NCBI GenBank assembly: GCA_035544015.1
Contig: DATKIP010000093.1
Span: forward strand, 345,454-409,453
DNA from: Candidatus Saccharimonadia bacterium
Lineage (GTDB): Bacteria; Patescibacteriota; Saccharimonadia; UBA4664
Length of the DNA stretch: 64,000 nucleotides
Reading direction: 5' to 3'
The notes beneath the pieces were generated by a model. That model had not been told where the DNA came from and made no database searches. It saw only the letters and a list, made by a program, of their open reading frames with translations. This document shows, one piece after another, positions 23,959 through 35,453 of the stretch; the first letter of the stretch is position 1; each line of letters opens with the position of its first letter. The position numbers and the translations under genes are program-made.

Positions 23959-26363
23959 GCCGGTACACCTTTAATGCCGGGGCCCTGCGCATCACCAAAG
24001 CCCGCACCGCCCGCCTCATACCCGGCACGCTCAAAACCCTGCTCGGCGCCGTCGCCGGGCTCAGCCTCATCTCCGGTGTCGTCCTGATAATCCTGGGCCA
24101 CAACCCCGGACTGAGCCTCACGGGCGTGGCAGTGGCGCTCATCACGACGCTCATCTGGATTCGCCGCGACCTCGACCAATTGCCAGCCGCTGCCGTCGGC
24201 TCCACCACCCAGCTCGAGGCTTTGCTGCCCCTCGAGCTGGCCTCGCATTACCGCGAGCCATTTACTGCCGCCGGATTGTGGCAAGCCCTGGGCGCCGGCT
24301 GGGAGACGCGTTTCATCTGTGTTCGCTTTGGCCTCGATCTCAACCTAATCGCTCAAATCCTCGCCCAAAGCAGCCTCGACCCCGACCAGCTCTGGAGCAC
24401 GGCCGAACAAACCAGCACCGAACTGGGCCTTCCCACGCTCGAAGCCGGCACCATCCTCACCGCCCTGTTTGCCGTCAGCCCCGAGCTCACGGGTTACCTC
24501 ACCAAGATCAAACTCACCCCAGCCGATCTGGCCGAAGGCGCCCGCTGGGTCCATCGCGTCGACGAACTCAGCCATATCAAACGGCCTATTTACGGCGGCA
24601 TCGCGCGCGACTGGGCTTCGGGCTTCACGCCCCAGCTGTCGCGCTTTGGCACCAACATTAGCCTCGAGGTCGAATCCGCCGCCGGCAACCTCGCCACCCA
24701 AGAGCGCACCGACCAGCTCGACGACCTGGTGACCGGCCTCAACAGTGCCTCGGGCAGCGTCGTGCTCATCGGCGAGCCCGGCGTCGGCAAAAGCGCCCTA
24801 CTGCTAGGCCTCGCCGAGCGCCTGCTCCAGGGCCGTGCCAGCCGCAGCTTGGCCCATTACCAGATCTACTCGCTCAGTGCCTCCACCATCCTCTCCAGCT
24901 CCGAGCGCAGCGGCGACATCGAGCGCATCGTGATGACCCTGCTATCCGAAGCCGGCCACGCCGGGAACATCATCATCGCCCTCGACGAAGCCCAGCTGTT
25001 TTTCGGCCAGGGCACCGGCGCCGTCAACCTCAGCCAAGTGTTGCTGCCGCTCCTCCAATCACGCAGCTTCAAGCTCGTGCTCGCGCTCACCCCCGGCGAC
25101 TGGCAGCGGCTCAAAGCCACCAACACCGCCATGGCCAGCCTGCTCACCCCGCTCGTGCTCGCCGAGCCCGGCCAAGCCAATGTTGTGCGCCAGCTCGCCG
25201 ACCGCGCGCTGTATCTGGAAAAAGGCCAACTCCTCACCACCTATTCGGCGCTCGTCGAGGCCTACCGGCTGTCCGGCCGCTACCTCCAAGACGAAGCCTA
25301 CCCCGGCAAAGCCCTCAAGCTCCTCGAGGCCGCCTTCAACCACCCCGATGGCTCGTTCATATCCGAAATATCCGTTGAGCAAGCCATAGAAAGCCAGTTT
25401 GGCGTCAAAGTCCAAACCGCCACCTCGGCCGAATCCGACGTCTTGCTCCACCTCGAAGACAAAATTCACGAGCGCATGATCAACCAAACCCGCGCCGTCA
25501 GCGTGGTCGCCAACGCCCTGCGCCGCGCCCGCGCCGGCGTCGCCAACCCCAAGCGACCCATCGGCAGCTTCTTGTTCCTCGGCCCCACCGGCGTCGGTAA
25601 AACCGAGCTCGCCCGCAGCATTGCCGCGCTCTATTTCGGTAACGAGTCCAACATCATCCGCCTCGACATGTCCGAGTACCAACAGATCGCCGACGTCGAC
25701 CGCATCCTCATGTCGGCCGCCGAAAACCCCTCCGGCCTCCTCCCGCGCGTCCGCCAAACCCCATTTAGCGTCGTGCTGTTCGACGAAATCGAAAAAGCCC
25801 ACCCCAATATCCTCAACCTCCTCCTCCAACTCCTCGACGAGGGCAACCTCACCGACACCACCAGTCATCCCGCGTCATTTAAAGACGCGATCATTATCGC
25901 CACCTCCAACGCCGGGGCCGAAGAAATTCGCCAGCGCATCGAAGCCGGGCAAGCCCTCGAAACCTTCGAACAAGAGTTCACCAATAGCCTCATCGATTCC
26001 GGCGCTTTCCGGCCTGAGCTTCTCAACCGCTTTGACGAAATCGTGCTGTTCAGGCCTCTCAACCAGGCTGAGCTCGCCCAAGTCGTGCGCCTCATGATCA
26101 CCGAGGTCAACAAAACCCTCGCCAACCAAAAAATCATCGTCGCCCTCACCGACGCCGCCGCGGCCGAGCTCGTCGTGGCCGGCTACGACCCCCGCCTCGG
26201 CGCCCGCCCGATGCGCCGCATGGTGACTCGCCGCGTCGAAGACACCGTCGCCGCCATGATCCTGCGCGGCGAGGCTCGCCCCGGCGACACCATCACCCTC
26301 GATGCCGGCCAGCTCGGCGGCGGCAGCGAACCAACCCCAGTTGATCCGCCGCTTGAAGTTTAG
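23955..26363 (+). CDS. ClpB/ClpC-family double-AAA+ ATPase with N-terminal transmembrane segments replacing the canonical Clp N-domain
   Basis: RBS aggagg 9 nt before TTG 23955. The long 23580 ORF extension is Arg-rich junk from another frame. TM helices (LLGAVAGLSLISGVVLIIL, LTGVAVALITTLIWI). D1 Walker A VVLIGEPGVGKSALLLGLAERL. D2 Walker A FLFLGPTGVGKTELARSIA. Sensor-2 RPELLNRFDEIVLFRPL. TSNAG motif. Confidence 0.8.
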   Translation: MSRYTFNAGALRITKARTARLIPGTLKTLLGAVAGLSLISGVVLIILGHNPGLSLTGVAVALITTLIWIRRDLDQLPAAAVGSTTQLEALLPLELASHYREPFTAAGLWQALGAGWETRFICVRFGLDLNLIAQILAQSSLDPDQLWSTAEQTSTELGLPTLEAGTILTALFAVSPELTGYLTKIKLTPADLAEGARWVHRVDELSHIKRPIYGGIARDWASGFTPQLSRFGTNISLEVESAAGNLATQERTDQLDDLVTGLNSASGSVVLIGEPGVGKSALLLGLAERLLQGRASRSLAHYQIYSLSASTILSSSERSGDIERIVMTLLSEAGHAGNIIIALDEAQLFFGQGTGAVNLSQVLLPLLQSRSFKLVLALTPGDWQRLKATNTAMASLLTPLVLAEPGQANVVRQLADRALYLEKGQLLTTYSALVEAYRLSGRYLQDEAYPGKALKLLEAAFNHPDGSFISEISVEQAIESQFGVKVQTATSAESDVLLHLEDKIHERMINQTRAVSVVANALRRARAGVANPKRPIGSFLFLGPTGVGKTELARSIAALYFGNESNIIRLDMSEYQQIADVDRILMSAAENPSGLLPRVRQTPFSVVLFDEIEKAHPNILNLLLQLLDEGNLTDTTSHPASFKDAIIIATSNAGAEEIRQRIEAGQALETFEQEFTNSLIDSGAFRPELLNRFDEIVLFRPLNQAELAQVVRLMITEVNKTLANQKIIVALTDAAAAELVVAGYDPRLGARPMRRMVTRRVEDTVAAMILRGEARPGDTITLDAGQLGGGSEPTPVDPPLEV

Positions 26364-26434
26364 GTAGAAATATTATATAATACCTCCGTCCCCAAAAACC
26401 CGCCCATTTCGAGACGAGAGCAGGTCACAAAGCC

Positions 26435-26782
26435 ATGACTACCGCCAGTAAGGCTCCTGAAATCGCCCCCGAAGTCGCAGAAGCCCTGCGCCGAGCTCAC
26501 GACGCGCGCAACGAGGTCGTATTGGCGCGCGACCAGCTCGACGGTCTCAGGCAGAGCCCCCTCCCTTGGGAGTTCGAAGCCGGGCTCAAGCGTCTGGAAG
26601 CGGCAGAGGCGAAGCTCTACGAATCGCTCTGCCAACTCTTGTCGCTCTCCCTGGCGCTCTTGCCTCCGGAGGCGATCTTCGCGCTCTTCGGCGGACTCAA
26701 CGCCGAACCTCCCAGCGCCGAAGCGCTCACCAACCTCGTGGCAAGCTGCCAGCGGCAATCCCGCGCCCAGCCAGCCAGGTGA
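26435..26782 (+). CDS. hypothetical protein (115 aa, helical, Ala/Leu/Glu-rich)
   Basis: ORF with a hairpin or terminator downstream (26853..26877). No family recognised. Confidence 0.3.
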   Translation: MTTASKAPEIAPEVAEALRRAHDARNEVVLARDQLDGLRQSPLPWEFEAGLKRLEAAEAKLYESLCQLLSLSLALLPPEAIFALFGGLNAEPPSAEALTNLVASCQRQSRAQPAR

Positions 26783-26911
26783 CGCTGCATCCCAGCGCGG
26801 CCACAGCGGCCGCGCTGGGTTCCACCACCCTGCTCTCCGAATATACCCCAGCATAAGGCTGGGCTTTTTTATATCACCATGCACTAGGCCGAGTTAAGAC
26901 CCGACAAACAA

Positions 26912-26936
26912 AAACTCCCCAAAAGGGGAGCATTCT
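26912..26936 (-). terminator. rho-independent terminator of the DEAD-box helicase gene (CTCCCCTTTTGGGGAG plus T-run on minus strand)
   Basis: Seen in sequence immediately 3' of the minus-strand CDS end at 26960. Confidence 0.6.
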
Positions 26937-26959
26937 TACGCGCTAGCTAAAAGCGAACC

Positions 26960-28216
<1,257 letters not shown>

Positions 28217-28455
28217 AGGGACTCCTAAAATTTACTGATAAACTGCCTCGCAAATCTGCAGTTCCAGTAAATAGGTCCGCGGGTTCACGATCAACAATTA
28301 GGCGTACTGTAGCATAGTTCCAAGATTTTGTCGAGGACGAGCCTCGCCACCTGTAATTCCTCACTTGACGCCCCTGGCACCGAGCTGTTACCGTCAGTCT
28401 CCTAAGTGCACCGCCCCAGACCATAAAGCACAAGAACTGTGATACGTTATTCACC

Positions 28456-30762
28456 ATGAGCAAAAACCTCGTCATCGTAGAGAGCCCCGCGAAGGGCAAA
28501 ACCATCGCCGGCTTCCTGGGCAAAGATTACCAGGTTGAGGCTTCGTACGGCCATATTCGTGACTTACCCAAATCTGGCATGTCTATCGACATTGAGCACG
28601 GCTTCGAGCCCACCTACGAAATCAGCCCCGACAAGAAAAAGCGCGTAAACGAGCTCAAAAAGCTCGCCAAAACCGCCGACGCCGTCTGGCTGGCCTCCGA
28701 TGAAGACCGCGAAGGGGAGGCCATCAGCTGGCACCTCTGCCTGGCGCTGGGACTCGACCCCAAAACCACCAAGCGGATTGTGTTTCACGAAATCACCAAG
28801 CCTGCCATCGAACGCGCCATCGCCAGCCCCCGCACCGTCGACCAACACCTCGTAGACGCCCAACAAGCCCGCCGCGTGCTCGACCGGCTCGTGGGCTACG
28901 AACTCTCGCCGGTACTGTGGAAAAAAGTGCAGGGCGGCTTGAGCGCCGGCCGCGTACAGAGCGTGGCCGTCCGCCTCATCGTCGAACGCGAACGCGAAAT
29001 CGAAAACTTCACCTCGGGATTTAGCTACAAAATCACCGCCCAATTCGACGCCGCCGGCGCCGGCTTCAAAGCCGAGCTTCCCGCGCGCTTCAAGACCGAC
29101 ACCGAAGCCAAAAAATTCCTCGAAGACGTCGCCACTGCCTCATTTAGCGTCGCCAGCCTCGAAACCAAGCCCGGCGAGCGCAAACCCGCCGCACCGTTCA
29201 CCACCTCCACGCTCCAGCAAGAAGCCAGCCGCAAGCTCGGCTTCTCGGTAAAACAAACCATGGTGCTCGCCCAACGCCTCTACGAATCCGGCAAAATTAC
29301 CTATATGCGTACCGATTCTGTGCACCTCTCCGACCAAGCCATCGACGGCGCCGCCAGCATGATCAAGCAAAAATTCGGCGACAAGTATTACAAAAAACGC
29401 CAGTACACCACCAAATCCGCCGGCGCCCAAGAAGCCCACGAGGCCATTCGGCCCTCAGATTTCACCCGCGACACCGTCACCGGCGAATCCGGCGAAATAC
29501 GCCTGTACGAACTCATCTGGAAGCGCACCGTGGCCTCCCAAATGGCCGACGCCGTACTCGAACGCACCACGGTGGGCGTTGCCACCTCTACCCGCCCCGA
29601 AAATCTCGTTGCCAAGGGCGAAATCATCAAATTCGATGGCTTCCTCAAGCTCTATCTCGCCCAAGACACCGACGAAGAAGCCGAGGAAGAGGGAATATTG
29701 CCCCCGCTCACCGTCGGCCAAACCGTCGTCCTCGACACCATGCAGGCCGTGCAAGTTTACGACCGCCCCAAGCCCCGCTACACCGAGGCCAGCCTGGTTA
29801 AAAACCTCGAAGAAATGGGCATCGGCCGCCCATCCACCTACGCCCCCACCATCTCCACCATCCAAGACCGCGAATACATCATCAAAGGCGACCTCGAAGG
29901 CAAAGAGCGCCCAGTGAAGCGCTTCGAGCTCAAAGCCGGCACGGTCACCGAAGCCAACACGGTCGAGACCTACGGCGCCGACCGCAACAAGCTGTTTCCC
30001 ACCTCTATCGGCATGCTTGTATCCGATTTCCTCGTAAAACACTTTCCCAAAGTGGTCGACTACGACTTCACCCGCAAGGTCGAGGAAGAATTCGACGAAA
30101 TCGCCGACGGCAAGCAAACCTGGAACAAAATGATCGCCGAATTCTACGAAGGCTTCCACCCCACCATCCTCGCCGCCGACTCCATCAGCCGCCAGGAAGC
30201 CGCCGGCGCCCGCGAGCTCGGCGCCGATCCGAAATCCGGCAAACCGATCATCGCCCGCCTCGGCCGCTACGGACCCATGCTGCAGCTCGGCTCGGCCGAA
30301 GACGAAGAAAAGCCCAAATTCGCCCCCCTGCCCACCGGCCGCCGCATCGACGACGTTACGCTCGAAGAGGCCCTGGAGCTCTTCAAGCTACCCCGCGTGC
30401 TCGGCCAAACCGCCGACGGCGCCGATATCGCCGTAAACTTCGGCCGCTTCGGCCCGTACGCCAAATGGGGAAGCAATTACGTCTCCATCAAGCCCGACGA
30501 CCCCTTCACCATTACGCTCGAACGCGCCCGCGAGCTCATCACCGAAAAAGCCGCCACCGACGCCGCCAAGCGCATCAAGAACTTTGACGACAGCCCCATC
30601 GTGATTCTCAACGGTCGCTTCGGCCCCTACATCACCGACGGCAAGAAAAACGCCAAAATCCCCAAGGGCACCGAACCAGCCGAAATTACCCTTGATGAAG
30701 CCAAAAAACTCCTAGCCGACGCTCCCGCCAAATCAAAACGCCGTCGCATCGTCAAATCTTAA
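28456..30762 (+). CDS. topA: DNA topoisomerase I
   Basis: TOPRIM N-terminus LVIVESPAKGKTIAGFLG...SYGHIRDLP. Active-site Tyr region. 768 aa with a Lys-rich C-terminal tail. Confidence 0.9.
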   Translation: MSKNLVIVESPAKGKTIAGFLGKDYQVEASYGHIRDLPKSGMSIDIEHGFEPTYEISPDKKKRVNELKKLAKTADAVWLASDEDREGEAISWHLCLALGLDPKTTKRIVFHEITKPAIERAIASPRTVDQHLVDAQQARRVLDRLVGYELSPVLWKKVQGGLSAGRVQSVAVRLIVEREREIENFTSGFSYKITAQFDAAGAGFKAELPARFKTDTEAKKFLEDVATASFSVASLETKPGERKPAAPFTTSTLQQEASRKLGFSVKQTMVLAQRLYESGKITYMRTDSVHLSDQAIDGAASMIKQKFGDKYYKKRQYTTKSAGAQEAHEAIRPSDFTRDTVTGESGEIRLYELIWKRTVASQMADAVLERTTVGVATSTRPENLVAKGEIIKFDGFLKLYLAQDTDEEAEEEGILPPLTVGQTVVLDTMQAVQVYDRPKPRYTEASLVKNLEEMGIGRPSTYAPTISTIQDREYIIKGDLEGKERPVKRFELKAGTVTEANTVETYGADRNKLFPTSIGMLVSDFLVKHFPKVVDYDFTRKVEEEFDEIADGKQTWNKMIAEFYEGFHPTILAADSISRQEAAGARELGADPKSGKPIIARLGRYGPMLQLGSAEDEEKPKFAPLPTGRRIDDVTLEEALELFKLPRVLGQTADGADIAVNFGRFGPYAKWGSNYVSIKPDDPFTITLERARELITEKAATDAAKRIKNFDDSPIVILNGRFGPYITDGKKNAKIPKGTEPAEITLDEAKKLLADAPAKSKRRRIVKS

Positions 30763-30833
30763 TCTTGTAATAAATCCCAAGGCTCGTTACGATAATTGTC
30801 TAATATCACAACGTAGCCTCGTCTACTAGTACT

Positions 30834-33320
30834 ATGGCCAAGTCTAAACCCAAACCCCGCAAGTCACCCCGCGGCCTCTTTTACGAGGCGCTTCCGGTTG
30901 CTCAACCATCGCAACTCGGCCTTAGCGACGCCGGGCAACAACTCCGCGACGCCCTCCAAACTCTCGGCGAGCTATGGCAGACCCTGCGCGAACAATCCGG
31001 CCCCGTCTCACGCGCCTGGTCGGCCTGGCTGATCCGCACCGGCCTCGCCACCTCCGCAACCCTCGGCCAATGGGCCCGCGCCGGAATAGTCGCCACCCGC
31101 TATGCCGGCGACGCCACCCGCACCTACGCCCCGGCCGCCGTCGCCGACGCCGGCGTATTTGCCGGCCGCGTGCGCCGGCGCCTAGGGGATCGGCGCGCTC
31201 GCGCCCTGTATCTGTCGCTAGCCGCCGGCGCCCTGTTTGGCCTGGTGGCCGTCACCGCCGTCACTGCCACCAACACCCTGCGTTCCTACGCCCAAGACAT
31301 TTCCAGCCCCGGCGCCCTGCTCGACAAAAAGAAAACCGGCATCACCATTCTCGATCGCAACAACCAAGTCTTGTATCAAGGCTACGGCGCCCAATCCAAC
31401 ACCCCCGTGCAGCTCGGCGACATCCCTCCCACGCTCAAAAATGCCACCCTAGCAGCTGAAGACCCCAGTTTTTACGAACACCCCGGCTTTTCCTGGCGAG
31501 GCACCATTCGCGCCGCCGTCACCGACCTCACTCACCAAAACCGCGCCGAAGGCGGCTCCACGCTCACCCAGCAACTCATCAAGAACGCTCTGCTCACCTC
31601 CGACAAGAAATTCCAGCGCAAGTACCAAGAGTTGCTGCTAGCCATGGAGCTCGAGCAGCGCTACTCCAAAGATGACATCCTCTTGATGTACCTCAACGAC
31701 ACCTACTACGGCCAGGGTTCATCGGGGGTCGAAGCCGCCAGCCAGACCTACTTTCACAAGCCCGTCAGCCAACTCACGCTCGGCGAATCAGCGCTGCTAG
31801 CCGGCCTGCCGCTCGGCCCTTCGCGCCTCGACCCCAATGTCAACCTCGACGCCGCCCTCGGCCGGCGCGATTATGTGCTCACCCGCCTGGCCGAGCTGGG
31901 CAAAATCACCCCTGCCGAGGCCACCGCTGCCAAAGCCCAGCCTCTCGCCCTCGCCGATTCACCCGGCGCCAGCCCCAATGCCCTGATCGTCTACGCCAAG
32001 CCTATTATTATCCGCGCCCCCCATTTTGTGTTTTACGTGCTCGACCAACTCCGGTCCAAATACGGCTCAGACGCCGTCGAAAATGGCGGTCTCACCGTCC
32101 ACACCACGCTCGACCTCACCAAGCAAGATTTAGCCCAACAAACCATCCAAACCCAAATCAGCAAGCTAGGCTCGCACCACGTCACCAACGGCGGACTCAT
32201 CTCGATCGAGCCGTCCACCGGCAACATCGTCGCCATGGTTGGCAGCGTCGACTACAACGCACCCGGATTTGGCAACGTCAACGTGACGCTCTCCCAGCTC
32301 CAACCTGGCTCCAGCTTCAAGCCCATCGCCTACGCCACTGCCTTCAAAAAAGGCTACACCGGCGCCACCCATGTCGACGACACGCCCATGTCGGTCCCCA
32401 ACGGCGATGGCACACTCTACGTACCCCAAAACTACGACCTCAAATTCCGCGGCTCCGTGTCACTGCGCCAAGCCTTGGCCAATTCACTCAACATCCCAGC
32501 CATTAAAGTGCTGCAATTTGCCGGCATCCACGACACCATCCAAACCGCTCACGACATGGGCATCACCACCCTGCAAGACGAATCGCGTTTTGGCCTCGCC
32601 CTCGTACTCGGAGGCGGGGAAGTGCGCCCCCTCGACATGGCTACTGTTTACGCCACCTTTGCCAACAACGGCACCAAAGTTGAACCGCGAGCCATCCTAA
32701 AAGTCCAAAATCGTTACGGCCAAGACATCACCAAACCAGCCAACACCACTCCCCAAGCGGTCCTCGATCCCCGCATCGCCTATATGATCACCAACATTCT
32801 CTCCGACAACCCCGCCCGCACCCCCGAATTCGGCCCCAACTCACCACTCAAACTCAGCCGCCCCACCGCCGCCAAAACCGGTACCACCAATGACTTCCGC
32901 GACAACTGGACCGTCGGCTACACGCCCCAGCTCGCCACCGCCGTATGGGTGGGCAACAACGACCACACGCCGATGAACAATGTCGACGGCATCACCGGCG
33001 CCGCCCCCATTTGGGGCACCTTCATGGAAGCCGCCCTGGCCGACCAACCCGTCGTCGACTTCAGCATTCCCGCCGGCATCGGCACGGCCAAGGTCTGCGC
33101 CGCCGACGGGGGGCTTGCCAACCCCTGGGACGCCGGCTACACCGAGATATTCATGACCTCAGCCATGCCCACCAAACCCTGCGCCAGCCGAGCTCCACAG
33201 GTCGACATACCGCCGACCCCAGCCAGTCCCACCGCACCCACGATTCCGCTCCTCACGTTGCCCAATCTTCCCCCTATAATCCTGCCCCACACCAAGCCAT
33301 TCTTGAACCCCTTTCAATAG
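30834..33320 (+). CDS. bifunctional penicillin-binding protein 1A (glycosyltransferase plus transpeptidase)
   Basis: N-terminal TM. GT51 motifs [12 protein letters not shown] and [20 protein letters not shown]. TPase motifs SSFKP, SLN and KTGTT. Pro-rich C-terminal tail. Confidence 0.85.
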   Translation: MAKSKPKPRKSPRGLFYEALPVAQPSQLGLSDAGQQLRDALQTLGELWQTLREQSGPVSRAWSAWLIRTGLATSATLGQWARAGIVATRYAGDATRTYAPAAVADAGVFAGRVRRRLGDRRARALYLSLAAGALFGLVAVTAVTATNTLRSYAQDISSPGALLDKKKTGITILDRNNQVLYQGYGAQSNTPVQLGDIPPTLKNATLAAEDPSFYEHPGFSWRGTIRAAVTDLTHQNRAEGGSTLTQQLIKNALLTSDKKFQRKYQELLLAMELEQRYSKDDILLMYLNDTYYGQGSSGVEAASQTYFHKPVSQLTLGESALLAGLPLGPSRLDPNVNLDAALGRRDYVLTRLAELGKITPAEATAAKAQPLALADSPGASPNALIVYAKPIIIRAPHFVFYVLDQLRSKYGSDAVENGGLTVHTTLDLTKQDLAQQTIQTQISKLGSHHVTNGGLISIEPSTGNIVAMVGSVDYNAPGFGNVNVTLSQLQPGSSFKPIAYATAFKKGYTGATHVDDTPMSVPNGDGTLYVPQNYDLKFRGSVSLRQALANSLNIPAIKVLQFAGIHDTIQTAHDMGITTLQDESRFGLALVLGGGEVRPLDMATVYATFANNGTKVEPRAILKVQNRYGQDITKPANTTPQAVLDPRIAYMITNILSDNPARTPEFGPNSPLKLSRPTAAKTGTTNDFRDNWTVGYTPQLATAVWVGNNDHTPMNNVDGITGAAPIWGTFMEAALADQPVVDFSIPAGIGTAKVCAADGGLANPWDAGYTEIFMTSAMPTKPCASRAPQVDIPPTPASPTAPTIPLLTLPNLPPIILPHTKPFLNPFQ

Positions 33321-33417
33321 CACCCCGCGCCTAAACTATTGACAAAATAGAGTATATGTAGTAAAGTGTATCGATTCGCTCATAACCCGAGCGATTGAGA
33401 AGGAGATTACTACTATT

Positions 33418-34104
33418 ATGATCACCATGAATCAAACCTCGGCTCGCCGCCTCACCCAGGCCGGCGTCGCCATGGGTACCCTCGCGGTACTGGGCGTTGG
33501 CCTGGCCGGCGCCTGCCACCCCCAGGGCGTCATCACCAAAGATGTCCAAAACCTCACCACTGGTTCTGCCCTGTCCAAAGCCGATACCCTCGGTACCGCC
33601 GTTATGGCTCGCCCCGGCGACACGCTCGTCTACACCGTTAGCATCTCAAACCTGGCTACCGGCAACCAAGACCAGCTCATCAACACTGCCATCACCGACG
33701 CTTTGCCGGCCGGCCTCACGCTCGTGAAGACCGACTCGTACAACGTTGGTACCATCCAGATGAAGCAAACCGCCAAGCGCACCATTACCGTCAAGGTCAG
33801 CGCCACCACGGCCGGTGCCATCAAAAACACCGCTTGCTTCACCGGCGACTCGGTCGACCACAAGGTACCCCAAAGGGGTTGTGACGTAGCCTACGTGAAC
33901 GTCGTGGTTCCGACCCCGACCCCCACGCCTACGCACACGCCCGACCCCACGCCCACCCCGACCCCGGGCGTTACGCTCGGCACCAGCACCGTGGCTCCGG
34001 CCATCCTGCCGGTAACCGGTGCGGGCGACGCCAGCGCCATCATCGGCCTCACGGCCATGATCGGCACGGCTACGGCTTACATCAAGTCGCGCCGCCGCAA
34101 GTAA
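33418..34104 (+). CDS. LPXTG cell-wall-anchored surface protein with DUF11-like repeat domain and PT-rich linker
   Basis: Signal peptide. Domain PGDTLVYTVSISNLATG...DALPAGLTLV. (PT)n linker. Sorting signal LPVTG, then a hydrophobic segment, then KSRRRK. Confidence 0.7.
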   Translation: MITMNQTSARRLTQAGVAMGTLAVLGVGLAGACHPQGVITKDVQNLTTGSALSKADTLGTAVMARPGDTLVYTVSISNLATGNQDQLINTAITDALPAGLTLVKTDSYNVGTIQMKQTAKRTITVKVSATTAGAIKNTACFTGDSVDHKVPQRGCDVAYVNVVVPTPTPTPTHTPDPTPTPTPGVTLGTSTVAPAILPVTGAGDASAIIGLTAMIGTATAYIKSRRRK

Positions 34105-34121
34105 ACCCAAACCGAGCCTCG

Positions 34122-34152
34122 GCTCAGCCAAAAAGACCCTCGCCATGAGGGT
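34122..34152. terminator. bidirectional terminator AAAAAGACCCTC-GCCA-TGAGGGTCTTTTT
   Basis: Perfect hairpin with flanking A and T runs, directly after the LPXTG gene. Confidence 0.65.
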
Positions 34153-34174
34153 CTTTTTGAGTTGTCGAGCTATA

Positions 34175-35290
34175 ATGAGCACCATGCAAGACCTCATCCG
34201 CCAACTCGAAGCCCTCGCAAGCAGCATCCGCGAGGCCACCACCAAACTCGGCCTCGACGCCGATCGCCGCCGCGTGGCCGAGCTCCAAGCCCAAGCCACC
34301 GCGCCGGACTTCTGGAGCGATTCGCAGGCCGCCGGCGCCGTCAGCAAACAGCTCGCGGAGCTCGAGCGTCACGTGGCCTCCTGGGACAACCTTCAAACCG
34401 ACGCCAACGAGGCCCTCGAGCTCGCACACCTCGAGGTCGGCGGCACCGACGAAGCCGCTCAGGCGCAAGTCCGCGAACTCTACGACCACACCCAGGCCGA
34501 ATTCGACCGCCGCCAATTCGAGCTCAAACTCTCCGGCCCGCACGACCGCTCCTCAGCCATTGTCGAAATCCACGCCGGCACCGGCGGCACCGACGCTCAA
34601 GATTGGGCCCAGATGCTCCAACGCATGTACTTGCGCTACGCCGAACGCGCCGGTTTCAGCGCCGAAGTCGACTCCACCTCGCACGGCGAAGAAGCCGGCA
34701 TCAAAAGCACCACCTTCGAGATCAACGGCCCCTATGCCTATGGCAAGCTCAAAGGCGAAGCCGGCGTGCATCGCCTGGTGCGCCTGAGCCCCTTCAACTC
34801 CGACAACCTGCGCCAAACCTCGTTCGCGCTCGTCGAGGTCCTGCCCCAGATCGCAGCCGGCCCCGAGCTCGAAATCGACCCCGACGACCTCCGCATCGAT
34901 GTCTACCGCTCCGGCGGCCACGGCGGCCAATCCGTCAACACCACCGACTCCGCCGTGCGCATTACGCACCTCCCCTCCGGCCTCGTGGTCGCCATCCAAA
35001 ACGAACGCTCCCAGCTCCAAAACAAAGAAAAAGCCATGGCCATCCTCAAATCCCGCCTGGCCACCCTCATGGAAGCCCAAGCCAAGGCCAGTCTCACCGA
35101 GCTGCGCGCCAGCGACAAATCGGCCGAGTGGGGGAGCCAGATCCGCAACTACGTCCTCCACCCCTACACCAAGGTCAAAGATGTCCGCACCGGTGCCGAA
35201 ACCAACCAGGCTCAAGACGTGCTTGACGGCGACCTTGATCTATTTATCGAAGCCTATCTAAACTCCCAAATCGGCGCCGACAGAGCCTAG
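34175..35290 (+). CDS. prfB: peptide chain release factor 2 (no programmed +1 frameshift)
   Basis: SPF motif (RLSPFNS) and GGQ motif (GGHGGQSVNTT). The ORF is continuous through the region homologous to the E. coli frameshift site. Confidence 0.85.
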   Translation: MSTMQDLIRQLEALASSIREATTKLGLDADRRRVAELQAQATAPDFWSDSQAAGAVSKQLAELERHVASWDNLQTDANEALELAHLEVGGTDEAAQAQVRELYDHTQAEFDRRQFELKLSGPHDRSSAIVEIHAGTGGTDAQDWAQMLQRMYLRYAERAGFSAEVDSTSHGEEAGIKSTTFEINGPYAYGKLKGEAGVHRLVRLSPFNSDNLRQTSFALVEVLPQIAAGPELEIDPDDLRIDVYRSGGHGGQSVNTTDSAVRITHLPSGLVVAIQNERSQLQNKEKAMAILKSRLATLMEAQAKASLTELRASDKSAEWGSQIRNYVLHPYTKVKDVRTGAETNQAQDVLDGDLDLFIEAYLNSQIGADRA

Positions 35291-35321
35291 CCCATGACCG
35301 CGGAGTTGACCCACCCAGTAC

Positions 35322-35393
35322 GTATAACGGAATCCGAGGAATTGACCCATTAGCGAGGGAGAATCTCGCCCCATTCCTCGGATTCCGTTATAC
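35322..35393. repeat. palindromic repeat element copy 2 (21-bp perfect arms GTATAACGGAATCCGAGGAAT / ATTCCTCGGATTCCGTTATAC around a 30-nt loop)
   Basis: Shares the arm core AACGGAATCCGAGGA with copy 1 at 832..904. Intergenic between prfB and ftsE. Confidence 0.6.
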
Positions 35394-35453
35394 CCGCTAC
35401 AAATGGGCACACCGCACCACCAGAGCCAGCCCCATATGCTACACTAAGGTCAA

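Noticed and set aside
23580-26363. 927-aa single ORF fusing an Arg-rich N-terminus to the Clp-like ATPase
   Set aside because: The first ~125 codons are an Arg/Pro/His-rich translation typical of an off-frame read in GC-rich DNA. The overlapping +1 frame (23596..23958) encodes a convincing hydrophobic membrane protein. An RBS plus TTG at 23955 gives a sensible ATPase start.
34145-34174. Possible programmed frameshift or upstream start for prfB
   Set aside because: The frame is continuous. No UGA shift site is present. The ATG at 34175 gives a canonical RF2 N-terminus.
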